Below are positions 23,830-37,200 of a stretch of 64,000 bases of DNA, piece after piece (position 1 is the first letter of the stretch; every line of letters starts with the position of its first letter). Source of the stretch: Chiloscyllium plagiosum (lineage: Eukaryota); contig NC_057717.1 of the NCBI RefSeq assembly GCF_004010195.1, positions 104,598,937 through 104,662,936 on the forward strand. The letters run 5' to 3'. Below the pieces are notes generated by a model that had not been told where the DNA came from, did not search any database, and saw only the letters and a program-made list of their open reading frames with translations. The position numbers and the translations under genes were made by a program.

Positions 23830-24732
23830 CCTCCAACAGTGCGGCACTCCCTCAGCACTGATCCTCCGACAGTGCGGCACTCCCTCAGCACTGACCCCCA
23901 ACAGTCTGGCGTTCCCTCAGCACTGACCCTCCGACAGTGCGGCGTTCCCTCAGCAGTGACCCTCCGACAGTGCGGCACTCCCTCAGCACTGACCCTCCAA
24001 CAGTGTGGCGCTCCCTCAGCACTGACCCCTCGACAGTGCGGCACTCCCTCAGCACTGACCCTCCGACAGTGCAGCGTTCCCTCAGCAGTGACCCTCCGAC
24101 AGTGTGGTGCTCCCTCAGCACTGACCCTCCGACAGTGTGGCGCTCCCTCAGTACTGACCCCCCAACAGTCTGGCGTTCCCTCAGCAGTGACCCTCCGACA
24201 GTGTGGTGCTCCCTCAGCACTGACCCTCCGACAGTGTGGCACTCCCTCAGTACTGACCCCCCCAACAGTCTGGCATTCCCTCAGCAGTGACCCTCCGACA
24301 GTGTGGTGCTCCCTCAGCACTGACCCTCCGACAGTGCGGCGCTCCCTCAGCACTGACCCCCCAATAGTCTGGCGTTCCCTCAGCAGTGACCTCCCGACAG
24401 TCCGGCGTTCCCTCAGCACTCATCCTCCGAAAGTGCGGCATTCCCTCGGTGCTGACCCTCCGACAGTGCGGCGCTCCCTTGGCGCCGACCCTCTGACAGT
24501 GCGGCACTCCCTCAGCACTGACCCTCCGACAGTGCGGCGTTCCCTTGGCGCTGACCCTATGATAGTGTGGCGCTCCGTTGGCGCTGACCCTCTGACAGTG
24601 CTGCGTTCCCTCGACGCTGACCCTCTGACAGTGCAGCGCTGACCATCTGACGGGACGGCGCTCCCTCGGTGCTGACCCTCTGACAGTACGGCACTCCCTC
24701 GGTGCTGACCCTCTGACAGTACGGCGCTCCCT
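23830..24732. repeat. Minisatellite, 33-bp unit CAGTGCGGCACTCCCTCAGCACTGACCCTCCGA, about 27 copies
   Basis: Seen directly. The ORF track shows an 11-aa period. Confidence 0.97.
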
Positions 24733-25044
24733 ATGGCTTTACCCCATAAGAGGGTTACAGTTGTATCATGGTTACGTGACTGGAGTAATGATTGAATTAT
24801 TGAGAGCAGTTGCAGAAAAAGTCCATTCGGCCCATTGTGTTGGCACTAGTCTGTAAGAGTGACTCAGCCAATCCAGTCCCTGCCTTTCCAGGAGTATCCC
24901 AGAGCCCTAGATTAATGATCATGGTGCCCGGAGTACATTCAATTAAGTTGATTTAATGTGGATTTGAAAGCTAGTCTGAGTGATGGTAGCCATAACAACT
25001 ATAATTGCTTATCATGAAAATCCAATCTGCTTCACTAAGTTCAT

Positions 25045-25617
25045 TTGCGGCTGTACAGGACGTTAGTTAGGCCACTATTGGAATATTGTATGCAATTCTG
25101 GTCTCCCTCTTTTAGGAAGGATGTTGTTAAATTTGAAATGGTTCAGAGAAGATTTACAAGGATGTTGCCAGGGTTGGAAGGTTTAAGCTGCAGGGAGAGG
25201 CTGAATAGGTTGGGGCTGTTTTCCCTGGAGCGTCAGAGGCTGAAGGAGGCTTTACAGAGGTTTATAAAATCATGAGGGGCATGGAAAGGGTAAATAGACA
25301 AGATCTTTTCCCCTGGGATGGGGAATCTAAAATAGCATAGGTGTAAGGTGAGAGGTGATGATCTAAAAGGGACCTAAGGGGCAACTTTTTCGCAGAAGGT
25401 GGTGTCTGGATGGAATGAGCTGCCAGAGGAAGTGGTGGAGGCTCGTACAATTACAACGTTTAAAATGCATCTGGATGGACATATGAGTAGGAAGGGTTTG
25501 GAGGGATATGGGCCGGGTGCTAGCAAATGGGACTAGATTAATTTGGGATATCTGGTTGACATGGAAGAGTTGGACCGAAGGGTCTGTTTCTGTGTGTACA
25601 TCTCTATAACTCTATAA
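25045..25617 (+). mobile_element. CR1/HER1 LINE 3' fragment inserted in a SINE
   Basis: Encodes RLYRTLVRPLLEYCMQFWSP...VQRRFTRMLPGL and has the CR1 tail. The flanks (..ctgcttcactaa / ..agggaaggaaactgcc) rejoin into the SINE seen at 2000-2345. Confidence 0.88.
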
Positions 25618-27489
25618 TGCACTACAGGGAAGGAAACTGCCATCTTTACCTGGTCTGGCCTACACATGACTCCAGACCCACAGCAATGGGATTGTCTCTG
25701 ACCTGCTCTCTGCGATGGTCAGAGAGCCTCGAAGTTGCCCTTAAGCAGATTGCTCACTGCGTCACGTTTCAGGGACATGAGGGATGAGCAGTAAATGCTG
25801 GGTCTGGTCACTCACACCCACATCCTGTGAATTCATAATGAAAAAGGAGGTGCTGCAGGAAGGATGACGATGGGTCTCCAGTCTGTCACCATGTGACTCT
25901 GAACTGCATCTTTCACCACACCTCTCCCAGAATCTATCCCGTTTTGGTGGGAGTTGTTTCGGTTTGGTTTCTCTGACGATTCCTGAGGCTGAAATTGGGA
26001 TCCATCAGAGTGTGTTCCAGAAGGCATCTGAGGGGAGAGAACACGAGCTCCCAGAGGGTGACGGGTGGATTACATTCTCCATTCCTTTTACACTTGAAAC
26101 CGAATGCTAGCCCGGTTTCCACTCGTCATCTTTAAAAAGCACAAATTAATGACAGGACTCCAATTCTCCTGAGTTTGTGTTTCTGAGTGAGGCCCACAAA
26201 CCACCCTTGGCCCGAGCTGGAGGGCGGGGAGAGGAAGTGAGCTGGCTGTCTGGAATGTTGCTGACGTCCCGTTTATATAAAGAAAGAGGAATTCTGGAAG
26301 GACTGAGCAAAGGAATGCTGCTAACACAGCAGGAGCCTTATGTATTCCACCTTTTGGAACTGGGTGGAGGTTGTTTTGTCTAAGGGATGAGGTCTGTGCT
26401 TAAGGACTGGCTAAGATGCTTCAAGCTCTGGAAGGCAGAAGGCCTGTGAGAATCAGCGAGGACACAGCCTCTTCAGTAGCGGTCAAGATCAGCAATTTGC
26501 TTTCTTACCTGAGCAAATGTTTTCATGGCTTCACCGTGAAGGGGGGAGGCAAAGCTGGGGGAAACAAAGTTCCCTCACCCTCAGGGACTCTCACTATTAA
26601 ACACTGTATTTGTGCCTGTGCACTGCACATTTACAGGCAATGATTCACTTTCATCTGGCTTGTATGACTCACGTCAGTACAGTGCATTCTGGACAAAATC
26701 CTACTCATTCTCCCATGCTCTGTTTGTGCATGTCTCACTGTGTACATTGTGGAAAAGCTGAGTTTCACTCAGCCACTGCTGTGTATTTCATACCAGTTCC
26801 CCAAAACCTACCCTAGTGAATCATGTGAGTGTCACACTTGGTTTGAACACACAGCGCAGTATTGAACAGCACGGCTGGCTAGGCCCAGTGTGTTATTCTG
26901 ACAGTTTGAGAGGGGATTACTGTGTCTGTCTGCTGCTGGGGACTGGGATTAGCTTCCACACACAGCCTCCTGCAGAGCGCTCGCCTTATCCAGTAGCATA
27001 GAGCTTTAAGAGGATATCCTTCTGTAAATGAATAACGTAACAGAAACTCTGCTTGAACTGAAATCACCTTAACTTTGGGACTATTGAGACCAAGAAGGAA
27101 TTTGAAAATAATTAATTTAAAGATTAGCTCAGTGTTTGCCTTGGGTTTGGAGCAGAATATGCTAGAGTTTGATTCAGTGCTTTCCCAGGAGGAGGTGGTG
27201 TTGAGGCCCCACCACTTCCCCTTCAATTTTATTTTACTATTTGTAAATGGAGATTAAAAATGAAGGATTTTAGGAGCTTTAGTTCCTGAATACTTCACTG
27301 TGAGTGGTTGCCTACCTGCTTGCTCTGCTTACAATGTATCCCTTTGATGTGTTGCCTGATGTAATCAGCTGGTAGGAGAAGGCGATAGATACGATTCCTG
27401 AGAAATCACCAGGAAGCCTTCTTCCAGGGCAGGAGTGAGCCCCGTTGTTTCATAGACAACATGGAATCCAGGCCACGCCATTCAAATCA

Positions 27490-27903
27490 GGAATGTGGGG
27501 CCTGGGAGATAAATGAGGTTGGGGTGATGGTAATAGGGTGGAATGGATAGGTGTGAAGGAAGATGGACAGGTAGGACAGTTCAAGAGGGAGGTGCTGAGT
27601 TGGAGGGTTGGATTTGGGAATAGGTTGGGGGGAGGGGAGGTGAGGAAACTAGTGAAATCGACGTTGATGCTGCGTGTTGGAGGGTCCCAAGGTGGAAGAT
27701 GAGGTGTTCTTCCTCCGGGCGTCGGGTGGCTAGAATTTGGCAGTGAAGGAGGCCCAGGATTTGCATGTCCTTGGCGGAGTGGGAGGGGGAGTTGAATTGT
27801 TCGGCCTCAGGTCGGTGGGGTTGTTTAGTGCGTGTGTCCCAGAGATATTCTCTGAAACGTTCCGCAAGTTGGCGTCCTGTTTCCCCAATGTAGAGGTGGA
27901 CCA
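27490..27903 (-). mobile_element. Penelope-like element GIY-YIG endonuclease remnant
   Basis: LYIGETGRQLAERFREYLWDTRTKQPHRPEAEQFNSPSHSAKDMQILGLLHCQ...EEEHLIFHLGTLQ, homologous to 12620-13110. Confidence 0.85.
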
Positions 27904-27982
27904 GTTGCTCCTGATGTGGTCTCCCTCGACCTCCCACTGTGGCCATTTATGCTCCCCCTGTGGAGGTCACTGTCAATAATTC

Positions 27983-28320
27983 GGTGGCACGGTGGCTCAG
28001 TGGTTAGCACTGCTGCCTCACAGCGCCAGGAACCCAGGTTCGATTCCAGCCTCGGGCGATTGTCTGTGTGGAGTTTGTACATTCCCCCTGCGTCTGTGTG
28101 GGTTTCCTCCGGGTGCTTCGGTTTCCACCCACAATCCAAAGATGCGCAGGGCAGGTGAACTGACTATGCTTAATTGCCCATAGTGTTCAGGGATGTGTAG
28201 GCTAGGTGCATTAGTCAGGGGTAAATATAGGGCAGGGGAATGGGTTTGGGTGCATTACCCTTTGGAGGGTTGGTGTGGAGTTGTTAGGCTGAAGGGCCTG
28301 TTTCCACACTGTAGAAATTC
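27983..28320 (+). mobile_element. HE1/V-SINE, full length
   Basis: ggtggcacggtggctcagtggttagcactgctgcctcacagcgccagg...ggttcgattcc...gggcctgtttccacactgtag, followed by a short (tctaat)n tail. Confidence 0.88.
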
Positions 28321-28456
28321 TAATTCTAACTCCTATTCCTGCCCACAGACTACCATGTCCTGTGTTGCCATTCTGCATAAAGCTTGAGATAGCAACCCCA
28401 TCACCCCATCTATCCTTATCTCCATCTCTGAAAATGGTACAAGGGAAGATGAAAGT

Positions 28457-29113
28457 TGTGATGATGCTGCTCCTTTAACTAGGTAAGGTTGTCCTTGGGT
28501 TATTTTTCAGAGGGGTTGTAAAGACAGAGGGTCTGTTTTGTCTGCATTTACTTACTTGAAGAAGCTTTTAAGTTTAAAAAAACACACTTGTACAATGAAA
28601 AGATAGGGGCCAGTTCTCCCAGCTCAGCATTTCTCTGGTTTGGTTTGGTTTGTTTTGAGCAGTCTGGCTGTTCACTGAAAGCGAGCAGTCAGTTTTTTGA
28701 GGTTGCTGGTCAAAGAACCATCTCTATGGAAGAAGGTGTTCCACGCTGGATATCTCTGCCATCTCTCTCTCTCTCTCTCTCTCTCTTCTGTAAGATCCTG
28801 TGTCCCTGTGTTTGATTTCTATCTTGTTTGCCAAGGAGTGTTTGTGGGGATTATTGTAGGAATTTGGAACAGCTTCATTAAATTGGGATAATCTGTTGGG
28901 TTTTTGGATAGGTTAAGTTCTGTTATATTCTGTTCTCTGTTGTGTTTCATTCGGTGATCTTGCAAATAAATTCTGTTTTGTTTAAAACTAAGTGGTTGGA
29001 CCAGCTGCATCGCTCCTGGAATATCTACCATACACCTGCTTAAAACAACTAGCAAAGTTAGGGCCCGGGCTACTTTCTGGAAATGTGCTGAGCGGTCTGG
29101 CCTGGTCCATAAC
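28457..29113 (+). mobile_element. Possible solo LTR
   Basis: About 650 bp starting TGTGATG and ending ...TCCATAAC, with an internal (CT)n tract, AATAAA at ~28965 and T-rich sequence. No clean TSD was found. Confidence 0.4.
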
Positions 29114-32100
29114 CATAATAGTTGTGGATGGCACAACTATTGCTGTTGGTGCAGGTGGGGTGGTGGGTGAGTGAGTAGGCAGCACGTAGGGCATGCACAG
29201 GGTTAGTGGTATCACTGGTTGGCATGAGTGAGAGGGGAAGATGTTGCAGCAATAATGAGAGTGGTAGAGTTAAGCCTTGGTGGAAAGTGGCAGACATGGC
29301 AGACTCAAAAAAGTCTTTGACCTTCCTTCACTGCTGGGCGCTCCTCCAGACAGCCAAGATTGTTTTGATCTGCTGGCATGGCCAGAATAGGGGTCTGTAC
29401 TGCTGGTCCTGAGGGAAGAGAAAGCTCTACAGTACAACAGCCTGAACAGCAGGAGATCCAGCTTCCTGTCATGGGACAGTGCAGGACAGCTCCAGACTGA
29501 CAAGGCTTTTAAAGGTGATGAGGGTGCAAGGGATGCCACCAGTGAATTCTGGGAATATGCCAGTAGTGAGGAGTTGTTCTGGGTACAGGGTATGGTAAAG
29601 ATAGGACTGGAACAGGATGTGAGGAGGGGCTGGTGATATGGGGTGAATTTGGTGAGATTCAGCATGAAAACCTGCTCAGCCTTCAGTGAAAGACCCTTGA
29701 AAAAACTCAGTGCAACTTGTACTTAGCCAAAATAATGTAAGATTCAGCCCACACACTCTCTCTTTTAGAAAGTGACCTTTTCAGTTCATATTTAGACACA
29801 GTCTGGTCAGGTTTGTTCAAGAACTGGTCTGGCTAACCCAGAATCCAATGGACATATGTGCTAAATGTGTGATAAAGTCAAACCTGTGATAGACAGATTT
29901 ATTCATAAGTTACTGCTGCTGAATAGTGAAAGTGGAATTGTTCCAGAGCTAGTGTACCCACTTTCTGTTCTCTCTCCTTCTGTCCCTGTCTTCTGAAGGT
30001 GCTGAATTTCTCTGGTTGGACACTTTCCCACAGACACCTATCCATAATTTGCCATTCTTGAGGCTTGAGTTTAAATAGTGATGTGGGATGCATTCCAAGT
30101 TTGTTCTCATCCACATTTTTGCGAGGTTAAATAGAGAGTTAGCAGGGGCAGGTACTTGGCTGATCTTTCCCTTGTCCTGAGGAGAAACATTGCAGTGATC
30201 AGAGGTTGGTTCAGTTCCCTTGCGTATCAGTGTATTATCCAGCAAGGCAAGAGACTCGATGTTCTTTAAAAATGATCCAGTCCCAGGCAAACAGTCTCAG
30301 TGATCCTGGCTGATGCTCTGTGTGTTCCCAAGTTTCTGTGCAACCTTTGTGCATTTGTAAATGATTTCTATAATCTGGAGTGGGCCAAACTGAAGTGAGC
30401 TTCTATGTGTCAAGCAATTAAAATTCTAGCAACTCGTCAATGCCTGAAGCATTCCAGCTTGGAGATTGTTTTGTTTGAGTCCAGTTCTAACCAGCCTTGA
30501 CTGAAACACCAATGCAGCACATGGTGTTCAGGGAGTATCTCCTTATTCTCACATAATCATTATCACTAATTGGATCACGGTACTCAGGCAGTTATATGAA
30601 AATGAAAGAGGAAAACAGTAGGTAGGAACAAAGATGATGACATTTATACACCTTATCACCTTCTCAAAATATCAACAATCCTTCACACAGGACTGGGATT
30701 GCAAGCAGTGAGCACTCAAATTCAGGAAAATTGTAGCTCAACAGCTACAAATGGCCAGCTGATTTGATTTGGTTGATGGAGATCCAGGTAACGAAAACTC
30801 CATACTCTTTCTCACGTCTGACAGGAAGGTAGCCACAATCTTTGCTCACCACCTCATGTAAAAGACAGTAACTGCACTCCTCAAACCCTCACAATAATAT
30901 CTCAGCAGAAATGACCCAAACCAGGCACAGTCCTACAACAAGTTTGCACTCAGGTGAACTGGATGGAACGTAGTTGTGGAGATGTCTCTGGGCAGGGTGG
31001 TATTTAGAGAAATAAAAGCTGTTTGGATGACCACTCTCCAAAAGCTGTGCGAAGTATAAAAAGGTCTGAAACATTCATTTGTTTTTTGCCTTCACAGATA
31101 TATGCTGTCAACACTTTTTCTTTTGCGAGATGAATCAAATACAGATTTGCGAGATCTGTCTGAATTTATAGGCAATGGAAGTGAGTCCAAAAAGCACTGA
31201 TACCTAGGATACAATTTCCCTGTACTATGGTGTGCCTACAGTGGAAGTGATATACTTACAGTACCACCCTATGGTCTGGATGGTTAAATTGGTACGACCA
31301 TAATAGCAGAATGCTGTCACTGACACCGTTAGAGGCATAAAATTAAGAGAGAAAGAAAGAAAGCTGAGTGAAATAATTACACCCATTGCAGACAGTTCAC
31401 ATGTGCATACTCTCTGATTTATTCAGGTTTGGTAAGGAAGGTTCTGTTTGGGATTACAAAATGCACTGGTAGAAACAGCACTGATAGTCCAAAGCCAAAG
31501 TATTATATTATCAGGCAGCTTTATCCTGTCACTGTTTGTTAGACTTTGTTACTCAGGTATATCTGGTGAAGGATTCGACCATCTTGATAACAGCATGTAT
31601 ATAAATATCTCAAACAAACTTCCATTAATTACCAAATTTGTTAAAAATAGAGGAAAGAACACATTGCCCTAAAAACATCTATAATCCTGAAGATGACATT
31701 TACCCATATAGTGGCATGCACATTGCACATGCAGTTTTTTAAAAACTTTTAGTACTCTTGTTAATCCACGGCTCCTACTGTATGTTATGCCTGCACGTTC
31801 TGCAATCGAATGAAGGTGCACTGAGTGCAACAGTGGAGTGGAGCACCAGAGGCCCCTGACTAAAGTGAGTTCAGCCCCAAAGCCTTTAGAGATGCACTTC
31901 AGATACTGAGTGGAGAAAATGAAACAAGAAGCTTAAAATGCATTTTAAAAATCTCATGCATTTTTCAAAGTGTTCGTAAATAATTTTAAAGCTTCATCTA
32001 TTATAGTCTTCTGAATGAAACAGAATATTTGAAAAAAATAATAAATTAAATATTTGGTATATTTCATATATTTGAGCCCTACGTTTTCTGTACTAAACCC

Positions 32101-32975
32101 AAGATGGAATAAAAGCCAAATTTCTGGTCAGTGGTGTATGAACAAGGGCACATTTAAATTTCTTTCCTTGCTGGATGGGGGTGGGGGGAGAAGAAGGGAG
32201 GAGAATGGAATGCACGCATATTCAAGTTTAAGAATTTCACAATTGATATAAAATTTCTTTCTGCAAAGATAAAATAATCAAAAGCTTTGGATGCCACATT
32301 TTGGCAAATGTAAAGATTGCTGGTAAATAATATTTTGTTTTGCTCCTCTTGCCCTCACTCCAATCTCCTGTTCTCAGCAGCAAGGCGGGCATGGGCTAAC
32401 AAAGAGGCATGATGGCTATTCTTTGCTATAAATTAACTGATTTGAATGGATATGTCTCAAAGTCACCACCTAGTTGAGCAATTGCTATTCTTTCAGTAAC
32501 GATGCCTTCACAATTTTGGCAAATTAGCCAGAGTTCCAATTGGGACCTCCCTTTTGTGGCTCTACAGTGACAATTTACAAAGCTGTTACAGAATGAAGCA
32601 AGCACTTAGCCCAACATATCTGACCTTTCTGTAACCGTGCACATTCTTTCTTTACAGAAAGCAGTCTAATTCTGTTTCAAATGTCTCGACTGGACCTGTC
32701 TAGCTTCACCACAATCTCAGATAGTGCATTCCAGATCTTGATTTCTTGCTGTGTAAAAAATGTTTCTCCTCAAATTTTATACTTTAAATCTATGATCTCC
32801 TGCTCTTGCTCCCTTCAGGGGAGGGGGGTACAGTTTTCTTACAATACATACCAGCCAGTGTTCGGGTTTGTCAAAGATAGCTGCATTTGAGGATATTGGT
32901 TGCCTCACAGCACCATATTTAAGAGGTTTTTGATGTGGACAGAACTGAAACCTAAACCATCTGAGACATATTTTG

Positions 32976-33843
32976 GCTTCAAGGAATGAGTTTTAAAAAA
33001 AGCCAAACTTTGAGAGAAAAGGGTTTAGAAAGTGTCCTTCCTCCTGTGGATGTTAAAGTTTGTGGAAATCAAGTGGGTTTTTGATATTCTGAATCTAATT
33101 TGTGGTGGACTGAATCTGCAGAATTAACCACTTAATAGGATTATTCCTAACAATATTACTCTGCTGTTATGGAACAGCCTTTGCACAAATTGAAATGTTA
33201 CAAATATTCAAAAATCTATCATTAAGAAATTTTACGAGAAATTGCGATATGTAGAAATGATCTTTTTAAACAATGACATCTCAGGTCCCTCTTAACTTCA
33301 GTACATCCTACATTGGGCATTTTCATTTAAATATACATTCGGATAGGTTTATTGTCAATACCAGATTTCTATTGACGTCCATAATTCTGGAACAAGTAGG
33401 TGCTAATGAATGAGCAACAATTGGAATCAGCCACAATTTGCTCTTGTACAGTATTCCTCATGTGCATCAAGATGTACCAGATACATTTTTCTTCAGTAAT
33501 GAGGGAAGAAAAACAGTGGGCACTGAGCTTGGTAAAAGGTACAAGGGGAGTGACTGAGTGTTAAAACTCAACCTTTTAATTTCAGCTTCAAGGAATGGGT
33601 TTAAATAAAAGTCAAACTTTGAGAGAAAAGGGTTTAGAAAGTGTCCTTCCTCCTGTGGATGTTAAAGTTTGTGGAAATCAAGTGGGTTTCTGATATTCTG
33701 AATCTAATTTGTGGTGGACTGAATCTGCAGAATTAACCACTTAATAGGATTATTCCTAACAATATTACTCTGCTGTTATGGAACAGCCTTTGCACAAATT
33801 GAGGTGTTATGAATATTCAAAAATCTATCATTAAGAAATTTTA
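32976..33843 (+). repeat. 259-bp direct duplication (32976-33234 and 33585-33843)
   Basis: Near-identical blocks gcttcaaggaatg...attaagaaatttta at an offset of 609 bp. Confidence 0.93.
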
Positions 33844-34055
33844 ATCTGAAGACCTTCAGCAAAGCTGAGCTTTCTGATTCTGTTTTAAACATGATACTTT
33901 TACAAACCTGCAGGGAATTCAGTTTTGAGGATATTATCTAAAAAGGCTAACAAAACATTTTGAGAAGACCATGCCTGCTCTGTTAAATCTTTGTAAACAT
34001 TTCTATCATTGCTTTACCGGTGGATATCCGAGTCCTACAAATGAATAATGAATTA

Positions 34056-34233
34056 AATCCAAAAGAACTGCAGATTCTGTAAATCAGAAACAAAAACAGA
34101 AATTGCTGGAAAAGCTCAGCAGGTTTGGCAGCATCTGAGGAAGGGCCACCGGACCTAAAATATTAACTCTGATCTCTCTCCACAGATGCTGCCTGACCTG
34201 CTAAGCTTTTCCAGCAATTTCTGTTTTTGTTTC
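34056..34233. mobile_element. Penelope-derived fold-back element with a degenerate hammerhead
   Basis: Arms gaaacaaaaacagaaattgctggaaaagctcagcagg / cctgctaagcttttccagcaatttctgtttttgtttc. CTGAGGA at 34135. TSD CAAATGA(A/G)TAATGAA at 34038-34052 and 34233-34247. Confidence 0.78.
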
Positions 34234-37200
34234 AAATGAGTAATGAAATTGCCCAGACCATTGAGTGACAGCAAATAATGGAAGGACGTAGTACCGGCAT
34301 TTGTAGTATTATGAGTGTAGGTCAGATCCTTGTCCAGAAAGGAAGCAGGGATATGAGAAGGGGCCACTTGCAGAGCTGTAGACAGCCTCAATAGGGAGAG
34401 TGGGAGGTGCAAGGTGCAACCCAGGGAGCAAACTCAAGCAAAGGATCATCTTTTCAAATGTTACTGAGTATTTGTAGTTCTAAACTAGATTTGTTAATGA
34501 TATTTCTAAAAGAATGATGAACTGATAAAGAGCCAGGGTAGCAAACATAAAAATGACATAATCTATTTTCTTTTCATGTCAGTCACAACTGTGTATGGTG
34601 TTGGGAACATCTTTAATGATAGTTGTGATGTGTGTAGCCTAGACTGGCCTGATTTATAAATAATAATAAATAACAAGGGGCAGGCTGAGAAGGAGTAGAC
34701 AATGAAGAGGGAAACATAGAAATGACCCATTACATTTCTAATAACAGTTGGACAGCATCTGAATAAAGAATCTCTTTTATTCTTCTGACCTCACAGATTA
34801 ACCTTTTCTTCCTAGAACATCATTAACATGATGATATTTGCGATGGAGTTCCCCTATTACATTGGGTCTAGTTTTAACTCATACTGTTATCTAATTTATT
34901 TTTGTCTTAAACTGGCTGGCATGTGTGGGAATCAATTACACAGACTCTGGCAACTAGTGTCTCATTCTGAAAGCTATTCTTATTGCTACAAATTTTGTGC
35001 TTATCATAGTGAAGAATATTTGCCCTTTTGGAACTGAACACATTCCATTATGGTCAGTCAGGCAAAATCAGGCCATGTTTGATTTATGTTTGACCCTGGA
35101 CAGTGAGTATCAACATCATGACAGATGAACATATTCTTCACCTATTCTGATCTCTGGTTCTGCATGCCTCACAGCTTAAATCAATGGTCATGCTCAGAAC
35201 CCCTCTGGTTTTCTCTGTTGGTAGGCCAGGCACAGTTGAATGAGTTTATAGTTAGATTTGTTGTCCAAGCTATGTTCAGGCTCTTTACTACATTAGTTGG
35301 CAATTGAATGTTTGAGAAAAACAGGTTCAACATTTTAAGTATGTCACTGTTTATAAGAGTGGCTAAGTTGATTTTCTGTAACTTTCCTAAATGGTTCAAA
35401 GTAATTATATAAATATGCAGTTAAGATATTAGCTCCATCTGGATTTCAGATTGCTGATACAATTTTCATAATTGGGAAGAATGGTGGGAATGGGAATATG
35501 GGTACAGGATTATTGCTGCAAGGAACGTTTGAAAAGCTATACTGACATTTTGTGTGGTCTTTTCCAAAGAGTTGATGTGGGTGAGGGAATCAAGTCACAT
35601 TCCATTACTGGGACCAGGCCCTTCCTGACTATGCAGTTTCTTTTGCTGGCTTCTTGGATATTTTCCTGTCAGCCTCTGGGATTTTTCCTGAGGTACCTAA
35701 TGAGCAATTGGGAAAAAAATACTAGAGAGAGTGAAAAGGGATCTTGTCAAGAGCAAAGTAATGCAAAAGGGGAGCAGCCTTTTCATTTGTGTTTGCATTC
35801 AATCTCCTTCCCTCTAAGTCCCAGAATTTGCCCTGAAGCCCCACTCTCACTGTTACAACTGTGCTCCATGGGGGCGGGGTGGGTGAAGTTGGTCTTTGGA
35901 AATACAAGAGAGGATGCAGTGCCAGCTGGTTTTACACTTTGTTAGTTGAAAACAAAGTGGTAGAAAGGACATAAGCAGTGGTTTGTCTCACCCAAGATCA
36001 ACTTCAACATCAAAACATGAGGTTCTCAGTCTGACTATGACTCTGCACTTTACTAATATCATAAACTTGCATTTTATTCACAGTTATCACACAAAGTGGA
36101 TCTAAGGGACTATGCATTCAAGAAAAAGCTAAGCGATTTAAATAGAAAACGTTACTGTGCCCTGATCACCAAACCATGCATTTCCTGTTTCAATATTAAA
36201 TACTGAGTTTTTTTTAGTGGACAAGACATTGAGTTGAAAGGTATATTAAGGAATTAAGTCTAAGCGTGGTGTTAGGTTCAAACTGCTGAATAAACACATA
36301 TCTCTAGGTATGCTGCGGGCCTCACTTTGAATAATGAACTGTTGAAAAATATTTAAAGTGCAAATAAACATAATTAAAATTAGGTTAGAGCTACCATTTA
36401 TAATCAGCATGTTAGTGGTTCAATGGATTTTCTGAAGCAGCCATTACCTGCTTACATAACCCTCACTTTCTCCAGAATTATGATAAACCTGGATTTTGGA
36501 TTCCCCTCCCCCTATCCCAGCTTTACTGAATATGCTTGCTCTTTTCTGAGGTCTCACTCAGCATCCAGTATCTCACCCAAATGGTGCCAGTTAATAAGTT
36601 CAACATTCTATTACTCCATGGAGAGTATCACTGACACCCAATTTCAGTCCCTATTCAGAGCATTTTTACTTCATTCAGAGCATGCTAATGGTTTTTTGAT
36701 CTTTGCATCCCTCAGCGCTCATTGACTGATGTTGGAGCATGCTGTCTAAATTTGAGCACTCTGAGGGATCTGGATCTTTTTATCCTTGGGATTTTTGAAA
36801 GTAATAGTGTGTTGGAAGAGTGAGCTAATGGGCTGGGACATGTTATTCTGATAGGGAGTCAGTACCCAGTAGAACTTCAGAAAGAAGGAACAAAGCCCTG
36901 AAGTAGGAGAATCAGTAGCTTAGGTTTTGATATCACATACAGAATAATTCAAGGATTTGGAAAGGTCCAAATGTCTCTTTAAAATACCAGGAGTTAATTT
37001 AAATGCTTACAGTGCAGATGCTAGAAATAAAGGTTGATTTTTGTCACCTGGTATATGTACATACAAATTAGGCTAACTTTATTCTAACAGGCATCCAGCA
37101 GTGAATATCTCGCAATGCTGCAAATTAATTAATTTAATTACCTTTTCAATTTAAAGTTTCATCCAATTGGCTGTCATTTTAGAAATGTGTTTAATTTCTC

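Noticed and set aside
23778..24642. ORFs on both strands, and a CRISPR-like 33-bp periodicity
   Set aside because: Head-to-tail minisatellite with no unique spacers and no cas genes, in a eukaryotic context.
35472..35945. 157-aa ORF in the repeat-poor region
   Set aside because: Non-ATG start, no recognisable domain and no splice context.
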